From Octopus vulgaris (lineage: Eukaryota), in contig OX597819.1 in NCBI GenBank assembly GCA_951406725.2, positions 48,174,001-48,238,000 on the forward strand: DNA of 64,000 bases, given 5' to 3'. The notes under the pieces were generated by a model, which saw only the letters and a list, made by a program, of their open reading frames with translations, was not told the origin of the DNA and made no database searches. Shown piece after piece: positions 12,920-25,227 of this stretch (position 1 is the first letter of the stretch; every line of letters starts with the position of its first letter). The position numbers and the translations under genes were made by a program.

Positions 12920-14770
12920 CTGTGAATGTTAATAGTAATTTCCACAGACATGAAACTAATCAGTTTCTTTGGTAAATAGAATACAGAAAAAAATATATAT
13001 ACTAGGACAAGGAAGACTAAAATAATTTATTTTCATTAAATAAGTCAGAAGCACAACAACAAATACAGAGAACCACATTTCAAACAATTCAACTTTACAT
13101 TGTATTGACATTTGGAGAAGTATATTTAGAGAAATTATTTACCTCTCCTGGATTTAGAAAACTGTGTTCAATGCAAAAGTTTTTTTTAAGTACCAAACAG
13201 AAAGACAATGAAATTTAAATAATTTTTTACAATAGATACTGGCTAAAACCTAGAATCAATAATAAATCACAGGTGAATATTAAAAAAATAATAAAGGAAT
13301 AGAAATGTTTAAAAATTCTGTCATCAAATATCAAAACTGTTTTGGCCTAAAAAACAGAAAAAGAAATGTTATATAAGTAATGATCTTTATAAAGGGAAAA
13401 AACAGCATATATGTGCTTGAGTGTGCATATATATTTATAAATATACATTCAATGTACATTACTTTAAAAACTTTCTGTATAAAAAAAAATTTTATGTCAA
13501 GTGCAATTCATACCATTTTTTATAAATAATATGTGCAAAAATAGGCGTGCACTCGCACATATATGCAAACAGCAGATATTTAGTCTGAGATAAAAGGTAG
13601 AATATTTATTAGAATAAAAATCATATATATATAATGGCTGTAAATGTTTCAGACATTATAGCTCATTAACAATATCAAATTAGAGGTTATCTGAAATCTC
13701 TGTATCTAATCTCTACAGAGATAGATATAGTCTCGTATACAATAAACTATGCTCAAACGACATAGTTACATGCTCAGACAAGAAGAATCCAATGAACAAT
13801 TCAAATATCCCTTTATTTTCTGTACATTCACTAGTGTAACAATTTAAAGTAAACAAACTGACTGAAGGATAAATATCAATAGACAAACCTGCATCTACTT
13901 CTTACAATCTGGGTTTTGTCATGTAGCACTATAGAAAACATTTCATCTAAAACATTGTATAAAGAGATCTAGCCAAAAGCTAGGTATCAAATATTGTCCA
14001 CAGACATGAAAGAGAGAATAATGGAGATACACACACACCCACTAGAAACCCATACAATTGGTTCAATAGAACTGTATCATAAAACTGTACTGGTTTCAGA
14101 AACCAGAAAAAATAAAAGCCTAGTCTGATTTCACTGACTAGCTTCAGTTGTAGAATGAATAAAAGAGTAAATGAATAGAAGTGGCTAAAATGGAAAATGA
14201 GCATTTCATTCTTCTGTTGAAAAACTGACCAAATTGTATGTAGATACTAAATATTATTAGAAACAACAAACATGGAAGGTTATATTAAACTGGAAGTAGA
14301 AACTTTGATACATGCTAAAGTGATAAAAATTGAACATGTTTAATACTTTAAAAAAAACAACACACACCAAAATAATAATTTTTTTTAACACTTAAATGTT
14401 ACTAGATATTGAAGGATTTGAAGGAGTTTTATTACAATTATACTTACCTCTAAGTATGTATATGTATCAATAGTATATCTAGTTTCACAAACTAAAACTA
14501 GATTAGCTAAATAAAAGGAAGTGATATAAGAAGTGGCGGAGCAAAAGCTGGTTGAGTATCAAAGTGAGTTATAAATAACACAATACTCAGTGTGTGCCTT
14601 TTCAACAAGACATGCTGTATTGATTGAAGGGAAGTCAATCATTCTAAACAACAGAAAAGTGATCAGGGGTAAAGGATAAAACTGGATGGAGAAGATGGTT
14701 AGTAGCACAAAATTGTAATGCCAACAGGCAATTGATAATTTCATGCTATACAGATATATATAATTTGTAC

Positions 14771-14875
14771 CGAACTAATGTTCCTTGCATTTTCTGTGTG
14801 ACGCTTCATTTCCAAAGTGTCAGCAACGGGTGTGACGTTACCTTTCTGCTTTTCGAAGTCACTGTGGTACTGAAT
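14771..14875 (-). CDS. Lasp: Lasp nebulin-repeat exon (IQYHSDFEKQKGNVTPVADTLEMKRHTENARNISS)
   Basis: gacag/gtacaa boundaries, 105 nt, phase 0-0, open frame. Confidence 0.9.
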
Positions 14876-15006
14876 CTGTCATAGGTAATTTCACAGCAAA
14901 TAAATTATCATCATCATTAAGAAAGGAATACAGAGACATAGCCAATCTGATTAAGAAGTGTTTCTAAAATTTACATGTAGAGAGCATCAAACAAAATCAT
15001 TTCAAG

Positions 15007-15007
<1 letters not shown>

Positions 15008-15045
<38 letters not shown>
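15008..15045. repeat. (AT)n microsatellite
   Basis: Direct observation. Confidence 0.95.
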
Positions 15046-15048
<3 letters not shown>

Positions 15049-17624
15049 TTTGATAGAATTTGAAATAGATAAAGTTATAAATAGTAATGTGTAAAATATT
15101 AGGTTTAAAAAAACCTTGGAATGGAAACAGTCATAGGCTGCCTGTGGGACTTGAACTCACATCTTTTGTAAACATGACAGATGTTCTACAACTTTTTCCA
15201 TCCAAGGTTTTTTTAAGCCAATATTCCACAGGCCAGGATATCATTTATAGCTTTATCTACTTCAAGTTCCACCATCTAAAGCAGTTGGTTTCATATCTCT
15301 CAAAAATTCTAAACTCTTATGATGTAAGAAATATATATTGTAACATGACCTTTAAATTTCTATGTATGAAGTGTATCAGTTAAATTACTAAGAAGAAATA
15401 CAAACAACTTTCTATATAAATTCTATAAACACAATCCTTCCTACTTAGTATTTTAATTTAAAAATTAATAATTAATCTGTAGAAATTGTCACTTATTCTA
15501 TTACATTAAAAAGAAAATATTCTTTTTAATGACTTTCTTTTTCTTTTTTATTAAGAAACAGAAAAAAAACAACAAAAAAATGCAACTCTAAAATTCTGTT
15601 TTCTCAAAGTTGCTGCCTAACATTTTTAAAATGTTTTACATGATGGTAATGAATCAAACAAATTGGTACTGAATTAATTTTTCAGTTCATGACAAATAAA
15701 AAAAAATACAATATTAAAAACATGGGAGAAAGGAATAAGTCTTTATTAATAATTTCACAAAAAAAAAAAAAAGTGCTGAAACTACTACTATATATAAATG
15801 CATATACATACATGTGTATATGTTAAATATATGTTTGTGTATATACATGTATATATATTTGTTTATATGTATATACATGTGTGTATATATTCATACATAC
15901 ACACATGTAAGTAGGTTGTGCATTTATTTGTAAGAATAATTTTTTTTAGAAGTAAGCTATTAAAAAAAGGGGAAAAGAAAACCTATTTCTACATTTAGTG
16001 AGATTAGTAAAACTAATGTAAGACAAAACTTTACAGAAAAACAGATAATCATAGATTTCATAGCTGTCTTAATGTCACTGAACTAGAGTGGAAGTTCCTT
16101 ATTATGGTTCTGTGCAGTTAAGAGAATAAATATTTTATTTATTGCATTAATCTTGGAACACTAATCATTTTCTATGTCCAATTTTGAGACATTAATCAGT
16201 TCCTGTGTCCTTTGGATAAATACAAGAGTAATTCCTGGTCAAAATACAACCTATAACTACATTGTCCTACATCCACATAATCAATATATTGGAGCACTAA
16301 TTGAGTCAACAGTCGATATACTTGGCTACAAATTGAGCTTACAGGATTGCCTGACATGTTAAAAATAACAGCTAAATCTCACTCAAATCATGCCTTACTG
16401 TCAAAGAAAGAACACATTAAATAATGTGGTTTTAGATATACTATAAATGAAAAAAGAAAGAATTGACATGGTTTGCTCAATCAAACTGGCCTAGAGCACT
16501 AGTACAATATCATCCTAAAATTATATTCACTTCTTCAGTCATATGAATAATACAAACAAAAATAAGCTGGTACTGAGTCATATTTTTTAAAAGCATCTAA
16601 CATCATCAACAGATAATGTAAAATAGCAATGTTTAAAAATGTTGAGCTAGGAGTTAATTTATAGCAATATTCTTATAAAATGTTGGTGTGCAAAAGAAAT
16701 TGCTCAAAGATTATGAAAAGTGGTGACTGAAAATAAAAATATTTCTATAAAATGAAAGGTAAGCACCACAGAAGTGATTTTGATTCCCAGTTTCAATTTC
16801 TGGTGTGGAAACTTCATGTTAAGATCTTTCAAAAAATGAGAACATCATAATTCATTGTAGTACATGGTGTTGAAGGCACCTGTTTATGGATCCCTCCCTA
16901 ATTACAAAATATCACACTATTGTTTATCATAAATAGATGAAGTATTAAATATCTATAATTAAATTCTCTTTTCATTTGTTTTTTTAATATAACTAGCAAC
17001 TCAAATTTCAGCCCTTAAATTTTGAGAAATTTCTTTTTTTCTCAATAAGTGAGAAAACTTTTCAGATTTTACACTAATAAAAATAAATGAACAGTAATGA
17101 CTAGCTATTTTTCAAAAATATTAGTTAATTTAGAGAAGAAAACAGAAACAGGCACACTTATGATTTTTTTTAAAAATTGGGCTCAGAAAACACATTATTT
17201 TAAAGAGTAAAATATTTTTGAAATGAAGTGTTACAAAAAAAAAATTGAAAATGTTTTTTTCTAAAATTTCCATTGTGTCTTGATTAAACTATATATTCTT
17301 AAAATTGACTCTACATCACCTAACATCACATGAGGAATATAAATCTTTGTTACTAATAGAGCCAAACTCAAGAATATTATTGAAAATTTTAATATCTGAA
17401 TATTTAACTATCCAAATATTAAAAGTTGAAACTAAATATGCTACAATCATGTCAAATATATAATGCTCTTATTAATTTCACAATACAAAAATGATATCAC
17501 CAAAAAAAAAAAAAAGGATTAATATTTTCATTATTTGTAGTGCAGCAGAATCAATGGATCTCAGAAAACTAGTCAACACCAAATGGCAACAAACAACCCT
17601 TCCATGCATCATAACTTTATATAC

Positions 17625-17729
17625 CAGACTGATATTTTTGGTGTTTTCCAAATGTTGTTTTATATCCATAGGTTCTGCTACCATTGTATAGCAACCTTTC
17701 TGTTTCTCAAAATCACTGTGGTAGTTTAC
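17625..17729 (-). CDS. Lasp: Lasp nebulin-repeat exon (VNYHSDFEKQKGCYTMVAEPMDIKQHLENTKNISL)
   Basis: gatag/gtatat boundaries, 105 nt, phase 0-0; overlaps ORF-track ORF 17478-17684. Confidence 0.9.
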
Positions 17730-18678
17730 CTATCAATGGATCAAAAAAACTTTTATTTCTTATACTTACAAATATGATCGATATAGTGAGTTGTCAAACA
17801 AATTATTTCTCTGCTGAACTTTTGGTTTATGTACCACATTAGATACAAGATGCATTAGAGCATAAGCTTTTAGTGAGCCATGTCAAGTTTGTGATTCTCA
17901 GTTGGAACCATTAGATAACTTGCCCTTGATGTGGTAGATCAATTCTTGAAGAGTGTTCTAATGGATCGGAGGAGCCCTTTTAGTTTATTATACTCAAACA
18001 GATTTCATTCCCCCACAATTAAAATTATCTACATGTATAAGAAATATAATTTATATTCCTCATGTCAGAACAATTTTAGTGTGGAACCTGTTCCAGATCT
18101 TAAAATATGAGTAGTCAAGCACCATATACATCTTAGTACTGATTACTCTAACACAAACATCATGGTTTCCAGAATACCTGGAGATCTCATTTGATCCCCA
18201 CCTTAGACAAACTGATAAAAATAAAGATTTTTAAACAGTAGATAGTGAGCTCACAATCTTTTGAATTAAAGCTTAAAATATAGTCAACGTTCCATCCCCA
18301 CCCCATGCCAATAACATCTAAGATGCTTTACAGGAATATGTCATGCTCCAATATTTTTGTAAGTCTATACAAAAAAAATTTCATTACTGAATATGGAAAG
18401 TTATTCATTACAATACTATAACATTATCATTTGCAACTATAATTATGAATCTATAAATGTAACTTATTTTCCCTAATTTACATTAAGGCCTTAATATAAA
18501 TAAATAAAAATTTAATGCAGGTTTAAAACTGGCCATTACTTCAATAATGCCTAAATTTAGAGAAAATCTCATCTTAAAAAATATATTGATAAATAACTCC
18601 CATGTCATAATAGGGGGGAAAAATAGAGTAGACACACGTGGGATAATTATCTTAATCATGCATCATAATTTAATATAC

Positions 18679-18783
18679 CAGGCTGATGTTTTTTGTGTTT
18701 TCCAAGTGTCGCTTTACATCCATAGGTTCTGCAACAGCAGTATAGGAACCCTTCTGTTTCTCAAAATCACTGTGGTAGTTTAC
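18679..18783 (-). CDS. Lasp: Lasp nebulin-repeat exon (VNYHSDFEKQKGSYTAVAEPMDVKRHLENTKNISL)
   Basis: aacag/gtatat boundaries, 105 nt, phase 0-0, open frame. Confidence 0.9.
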
Positions 18784-19201
18784 CTGTTAATGGATCAAGG
18801 AGGACTTAATAATGTTGTTTTTTCTCTACCACTATTATTGTGTGTGTGTGTGTGTGTGTTTGTGTGTGTGTATGTGTATGTATATTTGTGAGTGTGTGTA
18901 ACATATGGAAGCTTATTGACTAAAAATACAGATTACTGATTATTTGAAGAAAAAAACTTTTAAATAGTTAAATAGAAATTGTAATCGATATTAAAATGTC
19001 AATTATAAAAACTAGATCTTAATAAAATCTCTGCACATAATTCAAAAGCTTTCATGACTTCACAATTATTCATAAATCCAATTGCAGATATACTTTACAA
19101 AGTTATTTTCAAAATTAACAAAATAAATGTTAAAATTATCTCTCTTACAATAAAGTTAAAAAAAAAAAAAAAAATAGGGTATCAATTTTCACAATTTATA
19201 C

Positions 19202-19306
19202 CAAACTCATGTTCTTTGTGTTTTCCAAATGTTGTTTCAATTCAATAGGTTCAGCTACAGCAGTGTAAGAACCCTTTTGTTTTTCAAAGTCACTGTGGTA
19301 GTTGAC
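19202..19306 (-). CDS. Lasp: Lasp nebulin-repeat exon (VNYHSDFEKQKGSYTAVAEPIELKQHLENTKNMSL)
   Basis: attag/gtataa boundaries, 105 nt, phase 0-0, open frame. Confidence 0.9.
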
Positions 19307-20235
19307 CTAATCAAGTACAAATATAAGCAGCTGTACAAAAACCAAAAAGGAAAAAAGTACCACATACCATAACACTGTTGGTAGTAAAGATGAAAGTGTA
19401 AAACTTTAATAATATAAACTTATAAATTCACCAAAAATAATTAATTGCTAATACAGCAATTTAAAATAAAAGAAAATAAGAAAGCCAAAGAATTATATTT
19501 AAAAAAAAAAAACTATTTTATATTTTTGAAGTTAAATATATGTATACAAGGTAAAATTACGCTAGAACATCCCCAGAAGTAAAGAAAATTTTCAAAATAT
19601 TTTAATTATAAATATTAATATAAGACAATTTTTTCACTCAAAACATAAACACTATCTTGATGTGAGGTATACATCACTACATCATAATAATTTGATAAGT
19701 AAATTATTTGAAAATTTACTTATCAAATAATTTACTAAGTAAATTTAAACAAACATTTTGTTATTTCATTCTTGCTTATATTTTTTTTTACATATAATCT
19801 CATGAAACAAGAATGGAAACATAACAGGTTCAAACAGTTTTGTTCATTTTTCTTATTTTTTGCAAAATGTGCAAACATTTACAGGTGAAGAAATTTTAAA
19901 TTAAGGAAATGCTTTGGAACAAAACTAAAAGAATAATTGATTAGTTATAAACAATTGCAATGTTAAGTAAGTAAATGGTTATTGAAAACAGAAAAATCAA
20001 AACAAAGACTGATTTGAAAATTACTATTTTTAAATCTCACAACGTGAGATATTCGGCAACAGTACTTTGTAGTAAAGATTGTTTGCCAACATAACATGGC
20101 AGTCCTGGTTTAAGATGGATGTTGCTGTAATTTAGCCTCAGGAGACATCGTCTCCAGCTGGCTATACGACACGATCTGTGTCCTTATATTTTCGAACAAG
20201 GGAATCTAGCACCCCCACTCAGCTCAAAACAATAC

Positions 20236-20278
20236 CTGTGTATCGCGATTTCCAGGTTATTTCCCTTCATCAGCACAG
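20236..20278 (-). ncRNA. Minimal type I hammerhead ribozyme motif (most intact copy)
   Basis: CUGUG-CUGAUGA-AGG(GAAAUAA)CCU-G-GAAA-UCGCGA-UA/CACAG: stem I CUGUG/CACAG, both core boxes and palindromic helix III AUCGCGAU. There is one extra nucleotide at the stem II/core junction. Confidence 0.72.
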
Positions 20279-20774
20279 AATAATTGTTTGGCTAGAGGTG
20301 GCGCTACCAGATTCCCGTTCAAAATATATAGTTTCCAAAGTGACAACTAGTCACTGATCTATAAATTAGAAAATTATTATTTTTAAATCTCACAATGTGA
20401 GATAAATTTCGAACGAGAATTTGGCAGTGCCACCTCTAGCTGATGAAGGGAAATAACGATACACAGATATTGTTTTGAGCTGAGTGAGGGTGCTAGATTC
20501 CCTTGTTCAAAAATATAAGGACACAGATTGTGTCATATAGCCAGCTGGAGACAATGTCTCCTGGGGCTAAATTACAGCAACGTTAGTCCTAAACCGGGAC
20601 TGCCATGCTATGTTGGCAAATAATCTTTACTACAAAGTACTGTAGCTGAATTTCTCACGTTGTGTGATTTAAAAGTAGTAATTTTCTAATTTATAGATCA
20701 GTGACTAGTTGTCACTTTGAAAACTATATATTTCAAACGGGAACTTGACAGCGCCACCTCTAGCCAAAGAGTTA

Positions 20775-20817
20775 TTGTGCTGATGAAGGGAAATAACCAG
20801 GAAATCGCAATATGCAG
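20775..20817 (+). ncRNA. Degenerate hammerhead ribozyme motif (copy 3)
   Basis: ttgtg-ctgatga-agggaaataaccag-gaaa-tcgcaa-ta-tgcag: cores intact, stems I and III mutated. Confidence 0.55.
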
Positions 20818-23568
20818 ATATTGTTTTGAGTTGAGTGGTGGCTGCTAGATTCCCTTGTTTGAAAATATAAGGACACAGATCGCGTCATATAACCAGCTGG
20901 AGATGATGTCTCCTGGGGCTAAATTACAGCAACATTCATCCTAAACTTGGACTGCCATGTTATGTTGGCAAACAATCTTTACTACAAAGACTGATTCATC
21001 AGAAGACCTATTTCTACTAATAATAAAACAATAGAATCTAAAGAAACTAGTGTTGGGTGGCAACATTAGCATAATCTTATAACTATTTTAAATGTCATAA
21101 GCAAACCAAAAATTAAGTTCAACTGTGTGTCCTTTAGACAGTTATTTAAATTTTTTGTTTCATAGAATGCTTAATTAGCTAAGAAAACTATTAACACAAA
21201 TTATATTCCCTGCTATAGTAGAAAACATTTTCCCAAGGTGTTATACAGTGGGACTGAACCTAGAACTATGTGGTTGGGAAGCAAACTTCTTACCACAAAG
21301 CCATGCCTGCACTCACACACACACACAGACTCACTCGTCTTGAAATTTAGCAAAATTGCTCCATTTTGTTTAAGAGTGGAAGCATCTGTAGGTTTCATCC
21401 TAAATAGTATGAAATGAAGATGAATAGCTTTCATATACTCTAAATTTATCTTCTTTTTTTTTTTTTTGAAGTATTTAAATGTCATCAACAAGAGAAATAA
21501 GAATCTTAGGGTTTATGGCATTAGGCAATAAAAGAACAGTACCTAAAATACTACTAAAACTTTAGAGTAAACACACTATTATCAGCTTAAGACCTCCTAA
21601 GAAAATATATTTTCCACATTGGTCATACTAAGAATAAGAAATTTTATATATCAAGAAAACACACCAGAAGACAAGAGCAATAACATGCCATACTGTAATA
21701 AAATAGTAACATGCCTTATCAACTATTCCAACTGTTTAACTAATAATGTATGGTGTTTTATTTCTCTCCAGGCAATTCACTATAAATTTTAGTCAAGCTA
21801 ACATTAATGAATCATAAAATGGTCTTCTGTCTATAAATTGTACACTTAATATAACCAATATATTTCTTTTATTAATGACGCTAGCCTAATAAATCCATCA
21901 TGAAATATAGTATCAGAAGTTACACCAGCCGTTTTATCAATCAAATACCTCTGTGCCATAGTTACTGTCAAGCATATGCTTTAAACAAAAAACAACCACT
22001 ATCTCATTCTAGGTTGAAGTGAAGTGAATGAATTCAACAAATTCAGTGTAAAACACATAATAAAGGACGATAAACTGTTACAGTAACAACATTGTTTATT
22101 GTAAGCCAATTTAAAATCCAAGAAGTAAGAAATATCTTGCAGCAGTATGTGTGATTGTATATGTGAGTGAAAAGAAAGAAGTGGTTAAAAGTGTAAAAGT
22201 ATATGGAGGCTTAAAGTTACTTTTCTAGTGTACTGATGTGGAAGGGGAAGGGTGTACACAGCTTTCATCCAATTCAAACATTTGACCCACCCTCCTTTAT
22301 GCAACTTACACCATCTACATACATCACATAGCATAGCAATGACTTCTCTCTTGCACATGACATTTGAGTCCTCTTATACCAGCTTATTTACATAGTTCAT
22401 TTGTACTTCATCAAACACGTTAACATTATATAATAGAAAAAAAAATAACATTAATCTATCCACAAAACCAGCATCATTGAGAAGCTATCATTATTTTGCT
22501 TCAAATTAGATTAGGTACAGAAAGTAGCAACATTAAATCTTTTAGTTAACTCAAATTTTTAGATGCTACTAAGACAGACAAGAATGCTACAAAAATGCCA
22601 CAACATCAATCAATCATTTAGATTGAATTCTGGTTAGGAAAAGTCAAAAACATTGGATCTCTTTGTTACAGTATTGTGAGGTAAATATTGATTGAATAAG
22701 TTCTGTTGAAATCATTGTATAATATTATGGATCGTATTTAGTCATAATGTAATCTTATCCCTGAAACAAGGGTATCTTTAAATTGCTTATTTATTTATCT
22801 GATTTCAACAACCATTAAACGAAAAATGAACATAAAATGAAACAAGGCAATGAAAATATAAAATTCAATTCTTCTAAAATTGAATACCACCACGTTAAAG
22901 TCTTTTCAATCATTGTTTCTATTTCTAAAATATGGAATACATATAATACAGTGTATGTGTTGATACACACACACACCATTTATTTTATTACCCTCCATCT
23001 AGAGTCATCACAGTCTAAGTGCATGTCTATTTGGAGTTACTGCCCACCTAAATGGAACAGAGGGCCACATTTCATTTATACAGTCCATTGGATGCCCTTC
23101 CTAATGCCAACTACTTTACAGAATGTACTGAGTGTATTTTATAATAGCACTAACACTAGAGTCTTCTCACTTCTAATTGCCTTCATCTGTTCAAAGCAAA
23201 TATGACCAAGAGAATGGCTGAAAAGATAGTATGAGCATCATAAAGGAAACAGAGTGACAGAACTGAGAGGGAGTAATGGAAAAGACACAGTGATAGGCAG
23301 TTACATGTTAATCATTGGTAAGGAGACTGAATAAAAAACAGCATGAGCAATGTGATAGGGGAAGAAATGATAAGAAGGAAACAGGGTTATGAAAGGGGAG
23401 AATAATGGTAATGAGGGAAAGTGATTATAAACTAAAACCATATCGGTTACTACTTAGGTGCTTGAGTTCCATGTATAGTATCAAACTCTGGTACCTGAGT
23501 AACTGCGGCAATGTTTTCAGATTCAAAGCTATACAATACACTCTAATGGGTATTCATTTCATCTGATT

Positions 23569-23614
23569 TGAATGAATGAATGAATGAATGAATGAATGAA
23601 TGAATGAATGAATG
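23569..23614. repeat. (GAAT)n microsatellite
   Basis: Direct observation. Confidence 0.95.
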
Positions 23615-25227
23615 AGAAAGAGAGTAATTCAATCTTATATATGCATGTTAAGAGATTTGATGAAAGTAGAAACTTATATACTTCAGTTGGTGGTGGGGAG
23701 TAAAGTGGAGTAAAATATCAGAAAACAGATCATAAGTGTTCAATGATATGCTATGTATTATTAACAATGAAAAGGAATGACGGAAAGATAAACACGTGTG
23801 GACATTCAATAATTACCCAATATAATCCTATCTGTATAAGAAATATTTACACAGAAAAGAGCTTCAAAGAAATTAAATTACCCTTATGGTAAGTAGATAT
23901 TTTTCTTTAAAATAACTGTTCTTTTAGACATGAATGAGTGACAATATAAAAGAGTTTGAAGGCAATGAGAGGTTGCTCTGTAGGAAAACTTCTCTGAAAA
24001 ATCTGTTTTATTATTATGTTAGTGAATCCTGGTGGCTAAAGAATACTGTTCAATAAATGACAAATAAAATCTAGATCAGACGTAAAGGTGATCTTGAAAG
24101 ATAGGTTAAATGAATGTCAAAGAAATTTAGGATACTTTAATGAAACAAATATAAACACAGTATTATCATTTGGAATTTAACAGTATTTGCTTGAACTATA
24201 GTAAAAGTATCAAGAATAAAATTTTAGATAAATGCTAATTCTAACAGTATGAAGCATAAAAAATATTAACCCTTTTGTTACCTTTTTATTAAGCTAGTGT
24301 TAGGATCATAAATTGTGACTGAGGTTTGGTGGAAATATTTTAATTCAAAACTTTTGAAAACAAGACATTTGTACTACAGAGCCAGAGGCAGTTTCAGCTG
24401 GGTTGGTATCAAAAGGGTTAAGACAATGTTAGATAAACGTCAATTCTTACGCCTTCAGTTTTAATTGAAGTCGAAATTACCAAGAAAATATTTTCATCAC
24501 ATAAAGAAATAAAGAATTTATTAATCAAAAGTATCTGAATATAATGCAAGATTAGCAAGATTAGCTAACAGAATACAACAAACAAAAAGCCTGTTGCAAA
24601 CAATGAACAATATCTTCACCAAACAGTCTAAAACAAACACTTCAGATACTTATATAGCTTTCTGATTTGTATACTCAAAACATAACCACTTTAATTATGT
24701 AGCACTAAATTTAAATATTAGCTTTGGCGAAGATAAATGTTTACCTTAAGTTCATAGATCATTTATAAAGTGATATTTAGTTCAGATAAGATTGAAAATA
24801 TAAATTTACAAATAATCAGATCAAAAGATTACAAACTGATCTTTGATCTTTGAACCACGAAGAAGTTAAAACATACACGTTTGAAAGCAAACATAAAGCA
24901 GGTTATGGGGTGTCTAACAAATCTTATTACTGAAATAATGACATAACCTTAAACTGAACATAGCAAATTATTCCATGGATAATTTATAGTCCAGGATCTT
25001 CACTATTATTTTTTTTTTCTTTCACTTCACCTAAATTAGCATCAACTGATCTGTATTATTGACACTTCCTGTTATATAAATACATGTCCACCTCCCACCA
25101 CTCAGTAGTGAAAATGTTAGTAGTGTATAGGATAATCTAAATTTGATAGTTAACTAAATACAGAACCAATTATTTCTTTATGGTGAAGCTTAAACATGTA
25201 ATAGTACAAACTACAAGATGTTTCACT

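Larger units (their letters stand above)
20015..20989. mobile_element. Penelope-pLTR/retrozyme-like non-coding element: ~353-bp unit, one minus-orientation copy (20015-~20404) followed by ~1.7 tandem plus-orientation copies
   Basis: Direct self-alignment: period 353 (gaaaatta at 20016 and 20369). A CTGATGA hammerhead core occurs in each unit. Flanking direct repeat acaaagactgatt at 20002-20014 and 20984-20996. Confidence 0.8.

Noticed and set aside
15135-15206. tRNA-like sequence on the minus strand
   Set aside because: Only the B-box/T-arm is recognisable and no cloverleaf forms; probably a SINE relic.
9826-19248. Plus-strand ORFs at 9826, 17583 and 18547 that resemble each other
   Set aside because: They are antisense shadows of the nebulin-repeat exons.
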